Source: an uncultured virus (IMG/VR IMGVR_UViG_3300042945_003839) (lineage: Duplodnaviria > Heunggongvirae > Uroviricota > Caudoviricetes). Taken from it: a DNA stretch of 64,000 nt. Below, one piece after another: positions 48,109 through 55,800 of this stretch; position 1 is the stretch's first letter; each line of letters starts with the position of its first letter. Below the pieces are notes generated by a model that was given only the letters and a program-made list of their open reading frames with translations, was not told the origin of the DNA and searched no databases. The position numbers and the translations under genes are program-made. The stretch lies in the IMG/VR virus record IMGVR_UViG_3300042945_003839; one strand, 5' to 3'.

Positions 48109-48885
48109 TTATTGTCCTTGAGAATTTTGTTGTACTTGAGAAATTTGTGCAGCTACTGCAGACTGTGGAACATTTCTTACTGCATTTTTATTTAAGAAGT
48201 CCATAAAATTATTACGCCATGTACGATGTCCACTATGAGCAACAGAAATAAATGGATCTAAATAAACCTTATTTCCCAATTCTCTCCACTTAAGACATGT
48301 TAATATGTCTTCACTAATATATCTTCCACCTAACACCCCAGTTTGAAAAACATGCTTAAACACTTTGGGATCTTGACTAATAGTATATGGAGGACATGCT
48401 TTCCATAATATATTTATAGCATTCTTGCTAAGACGCAAGAATCCAGTTGGGACAGAAGCAACCTCCATTAGTCCATTTTGAATAGAAATTTCACCAATCA
48501 AATTAACTGGAAAGTCTTCAATCTCAGATTTCTTTGGATAAATACCTGCAACAAAATCAACAGGGTGACTTAAAAGTCTCAGAAACTGTTGTGGGTCCCA
48601 GGATATATCTGCATCAATATACACCAAATCGTCATAATTATTTTCGTATGCATACGCAAAAAGGTCATTACGAGCCTTTTCAACAAGCGCATCATAACAA
48701 ACATAAATTGGATCTATCAAGATGTTATTTTTTGCACAAGCTCTTTCAGTTAAGAGCAAGCTATGATTGTACCAAGCATCGATTCTACCATCGTATGCAG
48801 GAGTAGCAATCATTACTTTTCTTTGTGCAGGATCTTTTGACTCCACTGTAGACTGAGACGTTTTCTTTGTTTTCTTTTTTGCCAT
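48109..48885 (-). CDS. GT-A fold (GT2-like) glycosyltransferase
   Basis: VMIATPAY, ARN, YIDADI (DxD), TGFL, SED..C, VYLDP...H.G motifs. Confidence 0.8.
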   Translation of the reverse strand: MAKKKTKKTSQSTVESKDPAQRKVMIATPAYDGRIDAWYNHSLLLTERACAKNNILIDPIYVCYDALVEKARNDLFAYAYENNYDDLVYIDADISWDPQQFLRLLSHPVDFVAGIYPKKSEIEDFPVNLIGEISIQNGLMEVASVPTGFLRLSKNAINILWKACPPYTISQDPKVFKHVFQTGVLGGRYISEDILTCLKWRELGNKVYLDPFISVAHSGHRTWRNNFMDFLNKNAVRNVPQSAVAAQISQVQQNSQGQ

Positions 48886-48894
48886 AGTAAAACT

Positions 48895-48921
48895 ATATCG
48901 GCAAAAAACTAATCAACTTTA
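48895..48921 (-). promoter_or_regulatory. Sigma-28 (FliA/SigD/WhiG)-like promoter
   Basis: TAAA-N15-GCCGATAT, one mismatch from the consensus TAAA-N15-GCCGATAA, ending 9 nt before the ATG. Confidence 0.55.
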
Positions 48922-49475
48922 GCAATAACAAAATATTCATCACGATCTAAATCATCTCTTTCATGAATTTTGACTTCTTTGATTTTTTCATGTATAAACA
49001 TTTCAAAAATTTCTTCTTTAGAAAAACGTACATGAAGCTTATTAATACTGTGTGGAAATATTTTTTTTGATAAATCTTTGAAAACGGTCAAAACTACATA
49101 TTTAGATGATTTGTTAATGCAATCACTAATAAGCAATTTTAATATTTTTTTATTTTCATTTTCATCATGGTTGATATTAAATGTAACAGTTCCAAACAAA
49201 CATACTAGCTCATATAATCCATTTTGAGGGATGCTTGTATAGGTCTTACAGTTACACAACTTTGTAGAGTCTTCTCTAATATCTACTGCCTCATACACAA
49301 CATTTTTTTGGTGCTTAATTAACCATTGATGCAATAAACACGGTCCAGAACCAACGTCAAGAACAGAGTTAAAGTCAATGCCTTTTAAAAAATTAAAACG
49401 CTTAAAAGACTTTTCAAGACCATAGCCATTTGATTCAGATGTAGGGTAAAAATCTTTTAAACTTTTTTTAAGCAT
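48909..49475 (-). CDS. Class I SAM-dependent methyltransferase
   Basis: SVLDVGSG motif I, YEAVDI motif II, YELVCLFGTV. Confidence 0.8.
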   Translation of the reverse strand: MLKKSLKDFYPTSESNGYGLEKSFKRFNFLKGIDFNSVLDVGSGPCLLHQWLIKHQKNVVYEAVDIREDSTKLCNCKTYTSIPQNGLYELVCLFGTVTFNINHDENENKKILKLLISDCINKSSKYVVLTVFKDLSKKIFPHSINKLHVRFSKEEIFEMFIHEKIKEVKIHERDDLDRDEYFVIAKVD

Positions 49476-50458
49476 TATTCAAAAGCTACAATGCATACAT
49501 AACCGTTGCCGCCTGTAGCTCCATTTCCAGCAGTAACTCCAGACTTTGAACCGCCTCCTCCACCACCGCCACCGCCACGATAACCTCTACCTCCATTTGA
49601 AGCACTACCAAGTGCGGCCCCTCCACCTCCTGCGCCGCCAAAGCCAGGAGAAAGCTTACCACAAATGTTAAAAAATGGAGCATTTTGACCAGCCACTCCA
49701 GCATTTGTCCCTCCAGTAGCAATTGTTGTAGATCTAGCGAGTCCAGGAGTTCCAAAAGTAGTAAATACTGCTGCGTTGTACAAAGTAATATCAGCTCCCG
49801 CAGCAGCTAATCCGCTAGAATTTATAAATCCACCACCACCCCCACCGCCATTCCATAAAATTTGAGTTTGTTGAGGATGACCAACAGATACGTTGGAGGG
49901 CTTAGAAGTAGCCCCAGATCCTCCAACGCCGCCCATTGCACTTACGGTATGATATCCCCACGTTGCTGCTATTCTAGCTGCACCACCAGCTGGAGCAGTA
50001 GCAGTGCCTGCGCCACCACCAAGCCCCCCAATTACAAAAACTATATTTCCACGAGAAGATAAAAAAGAAACTGTTGTAGTACCACCCGTTGAACCAGCTG
50101 TTGCCGCACCACCGTCAGACGCGGAGCCGTTTCCTCCACCACCACCTGCACCAATAGCTATTTGCAAAGCTGAAAAACTATATGCACTAGAAGCATTGTT
50201 GCCTGAAAAATTTCTAAATTCATCTAAAAATAATCTATACAAAGTCCAGCTCCCACCACTGCCACCACCGCCGCCAGCAGCATTTCCAAGAGAAGCACCA
50301 CGAAATCCACCACCACCACCGCCACCGCCACCAATAGCATATATTAAAAGAGTCCGCGCTTTTGCCGGAATATAATATATTCCAGTTGTATCAAACTGAA
50401 CAGCTTCAATGAAACGAGTATCAACTATTCCAGGAAAACTAAAAAATCCATTATTCAT
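49475..50458 (-). CDS. Glycine-rich putative adhesin/tail protein (paralogue 3)
   Basis: MNNGFFSFP start, AIGGGGGGG, IAIGAGG, C-terminal GGNGYVCI. Confidence 0.8.
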   Translation of the reverse strand: MNNGFFSFPGIVDTRFIEAVQFDTTGIYYIPAKARTLLIYAIGGGGGGGGGFRGASLGNAAGGGGGSGGSWTLYRLFLDEFRNFSGNNASSAYSFSALQIAIGAGGGGGNGSASDGGAATAGSTGGTTTVSFLSSRGNIVFVIGGLGGGAGTATAPAGGAARIAATWGYHTVSAMGGVGGSGATSKPSNVSVGHPQQTQILWNGGGGGGGFINSSGLAAAGADITLYNAAVFTTFGTPGLARSTTIATGGTNAGVAGQNAPFFNICGKLSPGFGGAGGGGAALGSASNGGRGYRGGGGGGGGGSKSGVTAGNGATGGNGYVCIVAFE

Positions 50459-50461
50459 AAA

Positions 50462-51400
50462 TCACCTTATCGCCCAAATTGCAACGTAGCCATTCCCGCC
50501 ACGACCTCCAATACCAGAAGAAAAACCGTTTTGACACCCACCACCGCCACCACCGCCACCGCCGCGAAAGCCATTGCCACCTGCACCGCCCGCTGCTGCA
50601 GTTGCTCCACCACCACCTGCGCCACCCAATCCTCCACTGAAAACACCAGACAAATGATATTGCAAGTTTGTTGCACCAGCAGTACCAGTTCCTCCTCCTG
50701 CAAGTATATTTGAAGCACGAGCAAAATTTGGGTTAGCAAAGCCGCCAGTCGTAGCGCCAGGATTAACTATAGAACCACCACTGTATATGGTGCCAGCTCC
50801 ATTCTTGCCTCCACCACCAGCTCCCGCATGGCCGCTGAGTATACTACCAGCAGTAACGCTAGCTCCATTGCCAGTTGAGCCTCCACCAGCACCAGGATTT
50901 GAAACTGGTTGCAACCACCCATAAAAAGAATTTGGAGTTGTTCCACCAGCCGCACCACCACCAGTAGCACCACCAAAACCACCACCGCCGCCAAGAGCAG
51001 ACATTAAAGTTCCTGGCCATCCATTTATCGTAATAGACGTAGGATTACCACTGCCTCCGTTACCTCCGGCAGTTCCGTCACCAGTAGCAGTTGCACCGCT
51101 TGTGCCTCCAGCACCAATAGTGATATACAAAAGAGTATTTGGGCCACCCAAATCTTCGGTCAAAAAATAAGCATACATGCCAGCCCCAGCACCACCGCCG
51201 CCGCCGCCAAAAGCAGTTGTTCCAGAAGCATAACGACCGCCACCGCCACCGCCACCGCCACCGCCAACTAAGTAAATAAAAAGCATCCTGACTCCTGGCC
51301 GAATTAGATAAGCACCACTGGAGTCAAAAAGCGCTACATCTTGCAACTGAATATTTTGCAAAGTGTTTGCAGGGAATGTACTAAAAAAACCTTGATTCAT
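50462..51400 (-). CDS. Glycine-rich putative adhesin/tail protein (paralogue 2)
   Basis: MNQGFF start, FDSSGAY, ITIGAGG, GGNGYVAI. Confidence 0.8.
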   Translation of the reverse strand: MNQGFFSTFPANTLQNIQLQDVALFDSSGAYLIRPGVRMLFIYLVGGGGGGGGGGRYASGTTAFGGGGGGAGAGMYAYFLTEDLGGPNTLLYITIGAGGTSGATATGDGTAGGNGGSGNPTSITINGWPGTLMSALGGGGGFGGATGGGAAGGTTPNSFYGWLQPVSNPGAGGGSTGNGASVTAGSILSGHAGAGGGGKNGAGTIYSGGSIVNPGATTGGFANPNFARASNILAGGGTGTAGATNLQYHLSGVFSGGLGGAGGGGATAAAGGAGGNGFRGGGGGGGGGCQNGFSSGIGGRGGNGYVAIWAIR

Positions 51401-51582
51401 ACCTGTTGTTCTATAAATCTTGGAGAAGAATTCGGATCATAAAGAGAACCCATTTCACATCGCTCATCTTCTTGCAGTTGAATCAATTGAGCAGCGTCAA
51501 AAGGATATATTTGACCATTTCCATCCCAAATTATTACATTTTCTACTATGTTATTTTCTAAATTAATAATTGCCCATCTCAT
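51397..51582 (-). CDS. Small tail-fibre-associated protein
   Basis: MRWAII....IVENVIIWDG...G..YD pattern; GGAGG SD; between Gly-rich genes. Confidence 0.6.
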   Translation of the reverse strand: MRWAIINLENNIVENVIIWDGNGQIYPFDAAQLIQLQEDERCEMGSLYDPNSSPRFIEQQV

Positions 51583-51596
51583 AATAAACCTCCATA

Positions 51597-52493
51597 TTAA
51601 TATATCGCTAATATAGCAACATAACCATCACCACCACGACCACCAGCACTTGCTGCAACACCATTTTGAGAACCACCGCCACCGCCACCGCCACTACCAC
51701 GGAAGCCATTGCCACCAGCATTTGAAGCAACAGTACCAGCCCCACCTCCTGGACCACCAAATCCAGGAGACATAATACCTAGAATATGCTGATACGAATC
51801 AAAAGGTTTTGTTGCAGAATCTGCAGTTCCACCAGCATAAATATTACTAGCTCTAGCAGTTAAAGATGACATAATGCCTGAAACTGTCGTAGTTTGTAAT
51901 GTAATAGCTCCTCCAGTAAAACCAGATCCTATTTTAAAACCACCACCAGCACCTCCATGACTATATACTGCGATTACAGTTACTCCACCACCAGAGCTTC
52001 CGCCAGCGCCACCAGTAACGCTATAATTATCAATAAAACATGCTTGTCCAGAACCAGCAGTGCCTGCAGCACCAGTTCCACCAGAACCAAGATTTCCACC
52101 AGGACAATAAATTAAAATACCAGGTTTTCCTGCAATACTGATCGAAGTTGCGCCACCAGCACCGCCGTTCCCTCCGTTAGACGAGTCTCCTGTGGCAGCA
52201 ATGCCAGCATTTCCTCCAGCACCTATGGTGATAAAGAGAGTTTGACCAGGACCTCCTAAATCAGAAACATAAAATTCTTTTAAAACTATGACTCCTCCTC
52301 CTCCACCACCGCCGCCATACGCGTTACCAGATTGCCTAGCACCACCTCCACCACCACCGCCGCCGCCGACAGCAAAAATGTACAGCTTTTTTGTTCCAGG
52401 CAATATTTGGTAAGCACCGCTGGAATCAAATTGTTCAATTTGATTTTCTGATAAATTTAATTTACTTGGAAATCCATAAAATCCATGATTCAT
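51597..52493 (-). CDS. Glycine-rich putative adhesin/tail protein (paralogue 1)
   Basis: MNHGFYGFP start, FDSSGAY, ITIGAGG, GGDGYVAI. Confidence 0.8.
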   Translation of the reverse strand: MNHGFYGFPSKLNLSENQIEQFDSSGAYQILPGTKKLYIFAVGGGGGGGGGARQSGNAYGGGGGGGGVIVLKEFYVSDLGGPGQTLFITIGAGGNAGIAATGDSSNGGNGGAGGATSISIAGKPGILIYCPGGNLGSGGTGAAGTAGSGQACFIDNYSVTGGAGGSSGGGVTVIAVYSHGGAGGGFKIGSGFTGGAITLQTTTVSGIMSSLTARASNIYAGGTADSATKPFDSYQHILGIMSPGFGGPGGGAGTVASNAGGNGFRGSGGGGGGGSQNGVAASAGGRGGDGYVAILAIY

Positions 52494-52873
52494 AGAAGTC
52501 CACTCTCAACAACATTATTCACAGTGACGTTTACGCCGTTCACTAATTTTAATGATGTTGTGCTACCTCCTGGTAAAACTAAACCAACAGCTTCTGGGAA
52601 TTCAACACGAAGAGCGGCAGCGGTTGCGCTAACAGTATTTGCGGCAACGGCTCTTTCTGCAATTAAAAAATCGTTTGAGCTAGCAGTAATATACAAGCCT
52701 AATTTGCCAGCCGTGTTTGTTCCAGTAATTGTGGAATAAACTCTTAAAATACGCTTACCGACACCTGCAGCAGCAGTTGTAGACAAGGCAGTTGAAATTG
52801 TTGTAGAACCAGCACTAACAGTAGTAGTACATTCTACTAGTGGCTGTGCTGTGTATTGTGCAGTAGTTGCCAT
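52490..52873 (-). CDS. Small beta-rich tail-fibre-associated protein
   Basis: MATTAQYTAQP start, AGGAGG SD, directly after the fibre gene. Confidence 0.65.
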   Translation of the reverse strand: MATTAQYTAQPLVECTTTVSAGSTTISTALSTTAAAGVGKRILRVYSTITGTNTAGKLGLYITASSNDFLIAERAVAANTVSATAAALRVEFPEAVGLVLPGGSTTSLKLVNGVNVTVNNVVESGLL

Positions 52874-52888
52874 AAATATAACCTCCTA

Positions 52889-55800
52889 TTAAATAATACC
52901 TTGTGAGAATAAGAATAAATCTAACGCAGGCGGCGTTGTCCACGTTAAGTTATCGGCTCCGTCAGTTGTTAACAATTGACCAGCAGCGCCGTCTTGAGCT
53001 GGCAATATCCATATATTATTTGCAGTGACTGTTGCTGGAGACTTAAACCCTACGTAATTGCTGCTATCTAAATCATAAAATCTGATTTCTTTTTGTAAGT
53101 TTACTCCAAAGTGATCGTTACTCGTAATAACAGTGCCGAAATTTGAACCAATCGGAGCATTAAAATTGATGACGTTATTCTGATCATCTACTTTAATATA
53201 AGTGCTATTCCCCTGAGCACTGTAGTCTCCTATAAAAGTATTGCTGACACCACCAAAAACGAATTCAAGACCTAACGATGCAGGATCTGGCTCAATAGCA
53301 AATAAGTCTCCAGTAGATACAGTAAAAACTGTAAATACTCCAGACTTGGTATTTGTAAAAAGTCCGCTCATGTTACCGCCAAATAAACTTACAGAATCAC
53401 CATTCTGTACTAAATCGCCATTCATAGTTACCGTTGCGCCAACGATACCACCACCAAGATTAATATTTGCATTTGTAGAACCTATGTTTATAACATTAGC
53501 AGCATCACCTATAGATATACTAGTAACAGTTGAATTAAAAATATTAGCGATAGTAGAAGAGCTGCTAGAAATAGTGCCAGTACCCAATGATATATTTCCT
53601 TGAACACCTAAATTACCAGAAATACCTCCTATAAGAGCTGTACCACCTGTGACAGTAAGGGCACTGTTCATGCTTACAGCACCCTGTAGAACCGTAGCAC
53701 CTGTAACAGTTAAATTGTATCCTAAATTAACATTGCCAGTAGAAGAATTTGCTACAATCACATCACCCTTCCATGTACCACCAGCAACAGAAGGATCTCT
53801 TACGGCAACATAAAAAGCATTATTAGAATCTCTTCCAATTGCCGCCCTAGCATTACTGTTATTTTCAAATGTGATTGTATTAAATCCACCATCAGTATCA
53901 TTAAGATTTATGTCTGGTTCCGATCCATTTATTCTTAATGCACCAACACCATCAACTAAAGAGGGCGCTGTTATAGTAAACGGGGCAGTACCAGTAGCAG
54001 AAGATACTATTTGCGTAGCTCCGCTCACAGTTAAAGTGCTATTAAAGTGTCCAGCACCCTGATGGACTGAGACACCTGTGACAGTAAGAGTACTGTTCAT
54101 GTTTACAGCACCCTGTAGCGTAGAAGCACCTTGCAAAGTAGAAACACCGGTAACAGTAAAAGTGCCATTAATATTTGTACCAGCATTACGAATTGTAGTG
54201 GTACCGCTTGCACTTCCTATAGAAATAGTACTACCAGAAGTTGTGCCTATATTTATAGTTGATGCCGTATTCGTGATAAAATTAAAAGTAGTCGCTGTGG
54301 TAGTTATGCCAAGTCCAGAGGAAATTAATCCATTTACATTAATACCTGAACCATCAAAAGTAAAGTTTCCAGAGCCAGCAAATGCACCACCATTATTGTA
54401 TTGAACTTGAGTTGTAGAGCCACCTGGAGTGCCACCACCGCCGCCCACAAGATTTGTACCAGCGCCAGCTGCGCCACCTGATATGTCAATATAATATCCT
54501 CTAGATGCTGCTCCTTTTTCAAAGAAACGAACTTTATTTTGATATACGTCAATTACAACAGCGCCACCAGTCAGGGTAGAGTTTGTCGCAGCTGTTCCCA
54601 GCTCAAGTTGACCGCCTTCGTCTCCACCAACTGTTCTTAATAACAGATCCGTAGAAGTGATTGTTGTTGCACTAAGCACACCAGTAAAAGTAGAAGCCCC
54701 AGTTACGGTAAGAATGCCATTTATTGCAGTTGTAGCATTTCTTATAGTTGCAGAGCCACCTGTGCCACCCAGAATGACCGTATTAGATGCGCCACCTATG
54801 TTAAGACCAGTAACTGTAGAATTCAGAAGATTAAATGTAGTAGCAGTAGAAGTAATGTCTCCACCATTTACAGCAATGTCTCCACTTGCGGTAACGTCTC
54901 CAATAAGTGCAGAAGTACCAGTTACAGAAAGTGTGCTATTAAAGTGTCCAGCACCCTGATGCACTGAGGCACCCGTGACGGTGAGAGTGCCATGCATATT
55001 AACTGCACCATTTGGATCAATAGCCATTCTTTGCACCAAAGATGAACCGTTGCTAGTATATAATCCAAGCACTCTAGTAATTGGTACTCCAATAGCTCCA
55101 CCGGATGCAGCAATTGTTCCAGATGTATCGTTGAAACCGATACCAGCCTGACCACTAGAAAGCATGTCGCGATTTATTTCAAATCTTGGATTAGATTCAC
55201 TTGAAAAATAACCCTGTATACTATTTACACTAGCTGAAATTCGCGTATTGCTGGCATTTTCTTTTGCAGTCATACTTAAGAAAGTAGCGCTACTTGTCAC
55301 GTTCAAAGTACTGTTCATGTTTACAGCACCCTGTAATGTAGAAGCACCTTGTAATGTTGTTACACCTGTAACAGTAAGAGTGCTATTAAATACTCCAGCA
55401 CCCTGATGCACTGAGACGCCTGTAACGGTAAGAGTACCGTTGATATTTGTACCAGCATTACGAATTGTAGCAGTCCCACCTGTGCCACCCAGAACTATAG
55501 TATTAGCAGCGCCGAGAACGTTTGCATTGGTAACAGTGGTATTGAGAAGATTAAACGTAGTAGCAGTACTGGTCACAGTGCCGCCAAGGACTGTCAAATT
55601 TCTAGTTACAACACTTCCAGTAGTAGTCATATTTCCATGAACTACCGTTAAATTATTCGAAGTTCCAGTTGCTGATCCAATATTAATAAGAGTAGTATTT
55701 CCTGTACCAGTACTACCTCCAATGTTTATTGTCTTTATAACACTAAAGCCAGTATTGGTAGCAGCACCCGTACCTCCTAATCCAATATTTAAAGTCAAAT

